Source: Octopus sinensis (taxonomy: Eukaryota). From it: 64,000 bases of DNA. Below, piece after piece: positions 53,026-64,000 of this stretch. Each line of letters opens with the position of its first letter. Positions within the stretch are counted from its first letter, which is position 1. The position numbers were made by a program, and so were the translations under genes. The notes below the pieces were generated by a model that had not been told where the DNA came from, did no database searches, and saw only the letters and a list, made by a program, of their open reading frames with translations. The stretch lies in contig NC_043009.1 in assembly GCF_006345805.1 (NCBI RefSeq), positions 54,002,001 through 54,066,000 of the forward strand. Direction: 5' to 3'.

Positions 53026-53133
53026 GTTAATCCAAACAAGAAAACACAGAAAAAAGAGAAAAAAAAACACAGCGACGCAGGACGTGTAACAATTAAAGTA
53101 TTATTGACGCTCAGGAAAGAAGGGAAGGAGGGT
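53026..53133 (-). mobile_element. Penelope-like terminal fragment (family of 10221-10375), truncated just before the HHR
   Basis: GTTAATCCAAACAAGAAAACACAG...GACGCTCAGGAAAGAAGGGAAGGAGGGTT between TA tracts. Confidence 0.75.
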
Positions 53134-53389
53134 TATACATATATATATATAAATGTGGTGCGGGAGCATTCGTGCTTGTGTATATTTTTGTGTATGCGTT
53201 TACTTCCACACTACCACTTGACAAACGGTTTGGTAAAAGCGGATCAGCAAATGCGACGATGGAGTAAGGCTTCACAAAGAAAGAAAATAAGTACTCAGGT
53301 CGATAAATTCGACTAAAATTCGTGAAGGTGGTGCCCCTGTATGGTCGCAACCTAATGACCAAAACCAGGAAAAGAAACATATATATGTA

Positions 53390-53575
53390 GGCGTAGGAGT
53401 GGCTGTGTCGTAAGTAGCTTGCTTACCAACCACATGGTTTCGAGTTCAGTCCCACTGCGTGACAACTTGAGATGTGTCTTCTACTATAGACTTGGGCCGA
53501 CCAAAGCCTTGTGAATGGATTTGGTAGACGGAAACTGAAAGAAGCCCGTCGTATATATGTATATATATGTGTGTT

Positions 53576-53606
<31 letters not shown>

Positions 53607-53826
53607 ACGTGTGTGTGTGTATTTGTGTTTGCCCAACATCGCTTGACAACCGATGCTGGTGAGTTTAGGTCCCCGTAACTTAGCAGTTCGGGAAAAGAGT
53701 CCGATAGAATAGGTACTAGGCTTACAAAGAATAAGCCCTGGGATCGATCTGCTCGACTGAAGGCGGTGCTCCAGCATGGCTGCAGTCAAATGACTGAAAC
53801 AAGTAAGAGTTATAGAGTAAAAGAGA
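53390..53826 (+). mobile_element. SINE family B, full length
   Basis: Head, CORE-like region, internal microsatellite (~53550-53625) and complete tail. Confidence 0.9.
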
Positions 53827-54385
53827 ATATATATATGTACGCGCATATATGTACACGCGCACACACATATACACATACATACATACACACACACACATAC
53901 ACACACACACACATACACACACACACACACACACATATACACATTCATACATATTTACAATATTTTCTCGTCCGTTTCGGTGGCTATCGGTTTCTTTGTT
54001 CAGGCGCACATTTGCTAAATGGTTCGAGAAGCTGTCATTCAATGATTACTTGGTAATGACCGGAAGAAGGTCAACAGTTAAGTGCGGTGTATGAATTGGC
54101 TTTTGTGAAAACGGAGAAAAACTGAAGATAAATATTTACGCAAATGTCTCTACATACATACATATATACAATCACACACACACACACCACACACACACAC
54201 ACACATACATACACACAAATACACACATATATGTATGTATAGAAATATATGTATCAATGTATACACACACGCACAAACGCACACTCGCAAACATATATAT
54301 ATACATATAATCATATGTATTGATATATATACATGTCTGCCTTTACACCTACATAATTACAAATACACACACACATATATGTATG

Positions 54386-54452
<67 letters not shown>

Positions 54453-54484
54453 TACATACATATATATATATATACATATATATG

Positions 54485-54549
<65 letters not shown>

Positions 54550-55104
54550 ATACGTGTGTATATGCGTGCAACAGTTTGTGCACATACTGTATATATTTCT
54601 ATTGTTATGTGCATGTGTATGCCCATACATTTACATATACTAATATAGCCTGGTATATAATGATGCTTACACAAATGAATAATTGAAAACCACATATAAG
54701 ATATATGTACTCTGAAGAAAGACATCCATATTGCGGTTGGTTCTGTATGATATAACGGTATCTACACCCATACCCAAACACATACATCGCCTTTAACCAA
54801 ATCAAAATGAAAATTTATTCCCGTCATGAATCACAACACATATACGAACACAAAACTCACGCATATACACTACACACACACACATACACACACACAACCA
54901 CACACACACACACACACACACACATACATATATATATATAAATGTGTTTAGCACAAACTAATATATTCCATCCATCTAAATCAGCCAATCAAACCATTTC
55001 TCTCCGTTTGACACTGTCTTTCTTCACACTCTCCCCCACTATCTCCTTCTCCTTCTTCTTCTCTCTTAGAAGACACAACTAATGTAATTAAATAACTCTG
55101 TCCT

Positions 55105-55121
55105 ATACAATAATGACTCAG

Positions 55122-55196
<75 letters not shown>

Positions 55197-55230
55197 GTTG
55201 TTGTTGTTGTTGTTGTTGTTATTATTATTA

Positions 55231-55276
<46 letters not shown>

Positions 55277-55290
55277 GTTCATTGCTGTTG
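55105..55290. repeat. (ATT)n/(GTT)n trinucleotide microsatellite
   Basis: Direct inspection; similar tracts at 45685-45770, 46240-46460, 46840-46895, 51685-51760 and (AGT)n 58455-58565. Confidence 0.95.
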
Positions 55291-55521
55291 TTGTTGTTAC
55301 GTCAATGACCGACGTTGACCCAACATTTCAGATTATATAATTCAAGGTGTTTTTATAGTGTATGTATACATGTGTGTATGTCTGTGTATGTCTGTGTGTG
55401 TGTGTTTGTGTGTGTGTTTGTGTGTGTGTGTGTGGTTGTGTGTGTGTGGTTGTGTGTGTGTGTGTGTGGTTGTGTGCGTGTGTGTGTGTGTTTGTGTGTG
55501 TGTGTCTCGAAGAGATGTATA

Positions 55522-56150
55522 TCTTCTATAATAATAACTGGTGAGTGTCTTAACACTTTCGATCCTCATGGAATACCTTCTCCCAAGCTAACATTTAAGA
55601 AAAGAATTCCAGCCATGCTTTTGAGAAATCTAGATCTCCTAAAGCTCTGCAATGGAACAAGGCTAATTGTTAGGCAAATGAATCGACATCTTTAGGAAAC
55701 AAAACAATCCTCATTGGACAAGATAAGGGAGAAAATGTGTTTATTCCAAGAATTCCAGCGTTCCAGCAGACATGTCCTTTAAATTCAAGAGACTTCAATA
55801 TCCAGTAAAAGTTAGTTTTGTAACGTCAATTAACAAGAGTTAAATACAATCGCTGAGAAATGTTGAACTTCACCTCATCCAGCAGTGCTTTTCCCATGGC
55901 CAAATCTGTGGTGGTTGTTCCAGAGCTGGAAATGGCAACAACTCTTCCTACTTACACTAAATAATAAAACCAAGAATATTTTTTATCCTGCTATTTTACA
56001 GTGATCTCCAAATGTTATAGTGTTACAAGTTTTCCAAATGTAATAATGTGTAATAGAAACCAGAGATGGTAGGATACCAAAAAATGTTTAATTCTTATTT
56101 CTCTCTTCAATTTTGGTCCACAGGCCGAATTAGCCGTCTGCACTAGCTAG
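55522..56150 (+). mobile_element. Helitron remnant (PIF1-like helicase C-terminus)
   Basis: Frameshifted translation PAMLLRNLDLLKLCNGTRLIV / GENVFIPRIP / FKFKRLQYPVKVSFVTSINKS / CFSHGQ...SR / KTKNIFYP.IL, i.e. Helitron helicase motifs V-VI; CTAG at 56143-56150. Confidence 0.85.
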
Positions 56151-56184
56151 GCTAAATGTCCGAACGGAGTGCGGCTTTAAGCTA

Positions 56185-56304
<120 letters not shown>

Positions 56305-56336
56305 TATATATATGTGTGTGTGTGTGAGTGTGTATA

Positions 56337-56400
<64 letters not shown>

Positions 56401-56494
56401 GTTTTGAATAGAAGAGTTTGCTCTTTTATAGGGGTGTATTTTATACACGCGTGCAGCGGTTTAGCTCCATATCGATTAATATATTTTGAACTCT

Positions 56495-56625
56495 CCAGGT
56501 CGACTTTGCCTGTTATCCTTTCAGGGTCAATAAATTAAGTACTGTGGTCGATCTAATCGACTGCTCGCCACCACTCACCCCCACAAAAAAATGTCGGGCC
56601 TTGAGCCTAAAGTAGAAAAGAATAC
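56495..56625 (+). mobile_element. SINE family A variant, 3' fragment
   Basis: AGGTCGACTTTGCC..TATCCTTTCAGGGTCAATAAATTAAGTAC...GGCCTTGAGCCTAAAGTAGAAA. Confidence 0.7.
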
Positions 56626-57241
56626 ACTTGGAATTCATTAATTTGTGTTAGCATGGTTCATAATACCATTTGAAAAAAGAATTATAACCAATGTAGTGAA
56701 ACTATTTTACTAAGTGTCGTGTAACCATTTTTCTAAAGAAAACAAATATCACAAAATAATAAACTCATACTAATTAAGGGTGGGTTTGTGCGTTTTCAAA
56801 AGCATTGCACAAATTATATCTGCACTAAGTAGTAAAAAAAATCAAATGATTTCTTTAAGAATGGGAGTACCAAAACTACAAATGATTTACTTAATGACCA
56901 AGATTTCGATGATTATAACGATAGTAGAAGATACACAAACACTGAAGGAATGGAATTAATCTTTAATGTCTCCCCACTAAGATCAAAAAATATAAATGTA
57001 CAGTCTACAAAAAGGAAAATAAAGAAATGTAATAACTATAACAATAATGATAATAAAACCACTAATGCAAATAATTTAAATTTATATTCTCATACTTATA
57101 GTAACATGAATTAACATAAAATAAGTTACAATATAAATATTAAAGTGAATAAGAAAAGGAAAGAAGACGATAAGTCATTAGTTAAGATTCATAACACAGA
57201 AAATAAACATAAAAGCAATAACCCTAAAAACGGGAAAATTA

Positions 57242-57760
57242 TTAGGTCGTTAAGTATGAAATTTGTAGTAAGGTATGTGGTAAACTTTGACAGCTGCTCA
57301 TTTTGTACCATTATTGTATTTTGACACTCTTTATTTTTTGTTAGAAAGCTGACACAACTATTTCTTTATTTTAACCCATTTTGCATTTTATAAAGTATTT
57401 ATACATTGTTTTTTTTATTTTGCTGTTTTTATTTAGAGATGGAAGTTGGAAATTCGTACAGTTTTAAAATATGAGTTCTTTCCTGGAAATACAGCATCGC
57501 AGACAGTTCGGAATATTCTAATTCTAATGTTATTCATTCTAATATTATTACACAGCAGAGGGTATCAAATTGGTTTGCAAAATTTTGTTCTCGTAACTTT
57601 TACCTCACAAATGAGTAAGCGTTCGACCAGAAACAAAGTTGGATATTGATGAACTGAAAGTCACCGTTGAGTCAGACCCATCGCAAAGTGCCCGAGAATT
57701 ATCGTTGTTGTTTGGTGTTAGCAAACAAACCATATTGACTCACCTAGTTCAAGTCGCTGC
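57242..57760 (+). mobile_element. Mariner transposon 5' remnant
   Basis: EIRTVLKYEF..GNTASQTVRNI / NWFAKFCS / RPETKLDIDELKVTVESDPSQSARELSLLFGVSKQTILTHL (HTH region); TIR-like TTAGGTCG start. Confidence 0.8.
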
Positions 57761-58481
57761 TAGCTGAGTGAACTGTAACGACGTGAAATAAAATGATTCG
57801 TTCAAGTACACAATGTGTTGGCTGTTCCAGGAATGTTGCAATCATGAGCCAAACGCCCTAACTACTAAGATTCGCGTCTTCACATTACTGCGATATAGAA
57901 GCTATATCCTACATTCAATCAAGATCCTACTTATGAATGATATTTGTTTACGCGTGCAGAGAGTTCGCAGGAGTCAAGACCATTTTGATAATTTGCTGCT
58001 GAATTAACATGAGGAATATATAGACCCCGTAGAGAGTTTTCCTAATTTGTAAACAATTTTATGAATGTTCATAACATTAATATTAAATTCAGTTTAAAAT
58101 CGCCCCATTACCACAGCAGGCATCTTTGCAAGTTTTCTCTTCATCATTTCATTATGAAGTTCGGAAAGACAACCTGTCATATGCTAATCAAGCAAATTAA
58201 AGCTACCATACGTTATTTTTTCAAACTTCTATCTGTACCAGGACTATGAAATTTTGAACATCGTTTTATTTGCTTTTGACAAACTGAATGTTGTAAGAAT
58301 TATACTGAAACTTCGAAGTCCCAAATAAATAAAAGAGTATGATACTCTTTTTATATCTTTTGAATAATCAATCAATTTGGACTTGCCAGTTCGTAGAAAC
58401 AGGCATTTATATATATATATATATATATATATTGTGTGTGTGTGTGTGTGTATGTGTTGTAGTAGTAGTAGTAGTAGTAGT

Positions 58482-58566
<85 letters not shown>

Positions 58567-59061
58567 TTTGGTATGGATCCATTCTTTTTTGCACGTCTAT
58601 AACGTTTTTTGTTTTATAAAATATCTATTTGACCCTTCAAATCAGAAGAGCGGATGTTAGTAGATTTGCGCAACTAATGGCATTACTTAACGTTCATATA
58701 CGAATTCCCAGAAGGTTCTTTTTTGTTTTTTTGTTTTTTTAGCATGCATCGAAAATTCTCGATCCTGTACCATTTACTTAAATGCTTCTCTTCCGTTTGC
58801 TTAATTCCGTACGTTATTTTTACATCGGTGTACATTCTAAATTATATATGTCTAACGTGTAAAACTTGAAGGATGTTTTCTCGTAACATAAATAAACTGG
58901 CTGAAGTATATATCTTGGGAGGCGTTCTACATATTAAATTCAATTGCAGTTAGGATCTCCGTATGTAGAATAGGGAATTCAACAGAAAAAGAGAAATACG
59001 AATACTTAAGAATATTCATGCAATTAATATCGAAATATCTGTGAGGATAAAGGGATGCCCA

Positions 59062-59160
<99 letters not shown>

Positions 59161-59282
59161 CATTTAATCATATCGAAGGGAAATGGAAATTAATAGAAAT
59201 TTTCACTTCCAGTGGCCTAAAGTGTAAAATTCCTGTCCAAAGACTATGTATTACTCATAAAATGCAGTGTACATTAAATATA

Positions 59283-59614
59283 AAGGAATCTACTTGTGGG
59301 ATTCAACACGCTAGAAAGAACAGCTAGGTTCTATAACCACAAAATTAGGGATAAAATCCGACAGGAACGAAATGAAAAAATATAAACATTATACCATCTA
59401 GTTTCCAGGATCAATTGGTTTCTGATTTTAGTTTACCAAATAAATAAATAAATGAATAAAGTAAACTAAAATTAGAAACTAATCGGTCCAGGAAACTAGA
59501 TGGTAAAATGTTTTTATTGTTTCATTTCGTACCTGTCGGATTTTATCCCTAATTTTGTGGTTATAGAACCCAGCTGTTCTTTCTAGCGTGTTGAATCTCA
59601 CGAGTGGATTCCTT
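59283..59614. repeat. ~330-bp foldback palindrome (arms ~154 bp, 24-nt loop 59437-59460)
   Basis: 59283-59436 is the reverse complement of 59461-59614 with scattered mismatches. Confidence 0.95.
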
Positions 59615-59630
59615 ATGTGTTTAAATATAT

Positions 59631-59965
59631 ATGGTTGTGAGGTAGGAAGCTTGCTTCCCAATAACATGGTTCTTGATTCAGTCCCATTCCCTGGCACTTT
59701 TAGCAAGTGTCCTCTAGTATTTCCTCGGGTCGACTCGAGACTATACTAGAGGACACTGCGGTATACTACATGCGTGTGTGGGGGCGTGATTTTGTCCTCT
59801 ACCACCGCTTGATAGTCGGTGGTGGTGAATTTATCAGTACGGCAAAAACACTGATAGAATAAGTTCCGGGTTTTTATTAAAGATAAGCAGTGGTCTCGAT
59901 TCAGTCGAATAAAAATTCTTCAATGCGGTGCCTCAGTATACCTACAGCCCAATGACTGAAATAAA
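59631..59965 (+). mobile_element. SINE family B, diverged
   Basis: GAAGCTTGCTTCCCAA..CATGGTTC..GATTCAGTCCCA head and ATGACTGAAATAAA tail. Confidence 0.7.
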
Positions 59966-60824
59966 CATATCATATGTGTGTGTTTGTGTGAGTGTGTGCG
60001 CGTGTGTGTCTGTGTCTGTGTGTGTGTGCGCGTGTATGTGTGTATGTGTGTGTGTGTGTGACAGAAGAAAATATATTTATAACATATATGTGTGTGTGTA
60101 TGTGTGTATGTATGCTTGTATATGTGTTGTGTGCTGTGTGTATGTGTGTGCGTGTGACTGTGTGTATGTGCATGCGTGTGTGTATATATATGCAGCCTAA
60201 TGACAAATAAATATATATATATATATCATATATATCTGTGCATGTATGCGTGTGTCTGTGTGCACGTGTGCTTCCATGTGTGTATGTGTTGTGTGTGAGG
60301 GGGGTTGCATGCGTGTGTTTGTATGTATATGCAACCTGAAGACTGAAACAAATATACATATATATATATGTGTGTGCATGTATGCTTGTATGTCTGTGTG
60401 TACGTGTTGTGTGTGAGTGTGTGCACGTGTGCACGTGTGTGCGTCTGAGTGCATGCGTGTGTATGTATATATAGTCAAAATAGAACAAATGCAACGGGGA
60501 TAGTTATATTAATCTCAAAGAAATGATTTTTATTTTCACAGAAATTCAAAGGAGAGAGTTTGCCTTTTCTTTAAAACTAAACAACGAAAGTAGAAGAAAT
60601 ATTTTAGGTTAAATTAAGCATTGCCATGTTAGATAGAATGAATTACATGTCGTGAAGTTGAGGGTCGATTAACTGGAATTTTTCTGTACCCCAAATTAAT
60701 AGACTTCTTCAAATATTAGTGATCAGCACTTCACTAATTCTGCCCTACTATATGTGATGATATATTAATGATTGAAAGCCATACAGACATACAGACATAC
60801 ACACACAAAGACACACGCAGAAAG

Positions 60825-60913
<89 letters not shown>

Positions 60914-60914
60914 T

Positions 60915-61090
60915 GTTTCATTATGTTTCTTTATTAGCCACACAGGGCTGAGCATAGAGAGGACAAATTACAAAGTAGAGCTTTTCTTTTGGGGGAGAAA
61001 AAAGGTGGGGTAGGTTTTCGATCAAAAGGGATCGAAGACGATCAAGAGGGATCGTGTATCACAGAAATGTCACGATGTAAAGTGTAAAGG
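60915..61090 (-). mobile_element. Retroelement 3' end sharing the SINE-A tail but with a different body
   Basis: Reverse complement ends TTTGTCCTCTCTATGCTCAGCCCTGTGTGGCTAATAAAGAAAC; upstream sequence lacks the SINE-A core; flanked by (AGAT)/(AGAC) tracts. Confidence 0.55.
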
Positions 61091-61101
61091 GGGAGAAAGA
61101 T

Positions 61102-61144
<43 letters not shown>

Positions 61145-61196
61145 TAGATAGATAGATAGATAGATGATAGATAGATAGATAGATAGATAGATAGAC

Positions 61197-61235
<39 letters not shown>

Positions 61236-61236
61236 G

Positions 61237-61303
<67 letters not shown>

Positions 61304-61761
61304 CAGATGCGTGTGTGTGTTTATTTTGGATTTTGAATTTGGTTAGTGGTACAGACAACTGATGAAACAGCGTAGGATTTGCATTGCTTATGCATACAGA
61401 GTATAAACCCCACTATTGCTCTGCAGTCGATATAAAGGTCGAATACTGGTAGCTTGAATTGGTAATTGATCGTTATCGCCACTTAGAGTCTGAATAATTC
61501 TCTGAATCCACAATGAAGGGTGAAGCAGTCACGAACAAGGCAATTTTTTGCCGGGTCATTCTTCTTTATTTAATATTGTGATGTGATCGCAACAACCTTT
61601 TGACTGAAACACGTAACAGAGAACAGAATGAAGAATATATATATTCCGGTTTATTTGGAAGTAGTTTTCTTTAGTCTTTTTCTTTCTGTAATCTATAATT
61701 TGTACTCCTCCTTGTATTTATTCCGCTGTCTACCTTTCTTTCGCCCTTTATTTGTATATAC

Positions 61762-61824
<63 letters not shown>

Positions 61825-61830
61825 TGTATG

Positions 61831-61900
<70 letters not shown>

Positions 61901-62031
61901 GCATACATATATAAATGTGCATCAAAGTATATATATATATACTTTATTTAAAAGCAGCAGAAAATTCAACAAAAGTGGTATTTGAGTACTCTTTTTACCA
62001 CCTTGTTTCACATTTATGTGTTTACTCCGGT

Positions 62032-62094
<63 letters not shown>

Positions 62095-62320
62095 GTACAT
62101 GCATACATACTACCTAAATACCAATCTTGAGAAATTAGGTTTCTCAGCAACAGAAAGAGGGAGATGATTCGAAGCCTACAGATCCAGTCCATCACTAGAA
62201 CTGTAAAAATCTGTGAAACTTTCCAAAAGTTTATCATTTAAGTATATATAATCATGCCTAGATACGCAAGTATATGCATGAGAATACATACATAAACTAA
62301 AACATACATACATACATACA

Positions 62321-62354
<34 letters not shown>

Positions 62355-63439
62355 CATATATACATACATACATACAAATAAATATACCCTGTTGCTGATG
62401 TTGAAATCTCAATGAAGGAGCCGTGGATCTACGTAAGAAACCGACTCTCTATTGGCAAGAAATCTTTTTATAAAACTGAACTATGACTTATATACAAAAA
62501 TACCCTGTTGATGCTGTTGAAATTCCAATGATGACATATACGATTTTATTGTTATTTCTAGCAGCTCAAATTGCCAGGTGCAGACTTCTCTGATGGTTGT
62601 AGAGATCGATAGTATTGTAATTATGTTTAGATAGTAATTTCATCAATCACATGACCAATTAATTCAGCTATTATTAACTGATATTTATTAATTGTTCTTC
62701 GCTGCTATAAGTGTGTTCTTTCTATCAACTAAAATCTTTCAATTGTTACGCTATATCATTCTGCGGGGTCAACAAAGCATTATTGGATTTAAATAGAATC
62801 AGTCTCCTGGTAAATTAGATGAATATATCAATTCAATTTATCATTTCTTTTGAAATAAGTTTCCATGAAATACAAGAACAGTTTCAAAAGTACAACAGAA
62901 ATGTTTATTAATGAATATAATTTTTCGATCGCCAAACTACATTCCTGTAGGTTGGACTGAGTAGAACTTCAATATTTCGAATTAAAGCTATACCAGAACA
63001 ATCCCGTCTCGGTCTAAACATCTATTATATGTTATGTTTGTCGTCAAATATCCACTACACCTTGTCTTATGTTTTACATTTTACTTGTTTCAGATGTTGG
63101 ACATCGACAATGCAGTGGGGCATCCGCCTTCAAAGGCGATCCAGTACTTATTTTTAATTAAGATAGTTATTTTATCGGTATTATTTGAGGGATCTTTCAA
63201 TTACGATGACGTAAAGAGGGCAAGTAAGAGGAAGCACTAAGAAACAGAGACACAAGCATCGAAAAACACAAACGCGTACATATAGACATGCATATATACA
63301 TACACTCATGTACATATAAATATATGTTTTTATGAGCTTGATATTATATCTATAATTACTGTTTCCTCTCGAGAGATCTTGAATAACATTTGAGCCTTGA
63401 AATATGATTGAAGAGCTGAGAGCTGATCACATATACTAC

Positions 63440-63526
63440 AGCAATGTCTTATTTCAGCATCAGTATTGGCTCCATCTGCCACGTCTTTTCTTCATATGAC
63501 AGACATTGCATCGAACTAGTCTTAGT

Positions 63527-63571
<45 letters not shown>

Positions 63572-64000
63572 TGATAGATAGATAGATAGATAGTCATAAA
63601 TATACTTATATATATATATATATATTATATATATATATATAATATATATATATATACCATAACAGAGACGTTTTTCATGGCGATACCAGCTCAGAGGCCT
63701 ACGCAAAGTCGCGGAAAGTGTATGAAGAGAAGTGTATGAGTATCACATAAGTGTACGAGTTGTTTCAGACATTTCTAAAATGGCCGAAAAAATGTCGATA
63801 ATGATGAAAGTTCTGAGAGACCCACAACCAGCAGAACTGAAAAAAAACATTGCAGATATGCGTGCTGCTGTGAGGGGAATCATCGAATCACCATCCTTGA
63901 GTTATCAGAGGATGTGCAGATTAATTAAGGTTCAGTTCAGTCCATTATCACAGAAATTTGGGTATGAGACGTGTGTCTGCCAAGTTTGTGCCAAAACTGC
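63440..64000 (+). mobile_element. Mariner transposase remnant (continues past window end)
   Basis: HGDTSSEAYAKSRKVYEEKCMSIT*VYE / NGRKNVDNDESSERPTTSRTE / HRITILELSEDV / NLGMRRVSAKFVPKL; upstream boundary uncertain. Confidence 0.85.

Noticed and set aside
62385-62530. Short direct repeat (ATACCCTGTTG...GTTGAAAT..CAATGA) with a CAATGAAGG...AGAAACCG segment
   Set aside because: Core is not CUGANGA and pairing is weak; left as an unclassified repeat.

Overview
AT-rich eukaryotic non-coding DNA, packed with (TA)n/(CA)n/(AGAT)n/(TAA)n microsatellites and transposon relics. The repeat content suggests an octopus (coleoid cephalopod) genome; this is inference from the SINE families and microsatellite load. 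I could not support any host protein-coding exon, tRNA, rRNA or CRISPR array. Almost all ORFs in the supplied track are microsatellite read-through ([12 protein letters not shown]). Recognisable content: three tRNA-derived SINE families (called A, B and C here); LINE fragments (two CR1-type, one RTE, two R4/Dong); three mariner relics; two Helitrons; and many Penelope-like element (PLE) ends. The most notable signal is a cluster of hammerhead ribozyme (HHR) folds between about 6.4 and 26.1 kb, of at least four unrelated sequence types. One has a canonical core inside a 471-bp-period partial tandem repeat (retrozyme-like). Two others cap the outer ends of a ~4.7-kb inverted duplication whose left arm later received a CR1 insertion. 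Also notable: a ~330-bp foldback hairpin, SINE multimers with a recurrent junction, and a candidate partner-LINE tail. Boundaries of degenerate repeats are approximate, and many 1-nt indels may be long-read errors.
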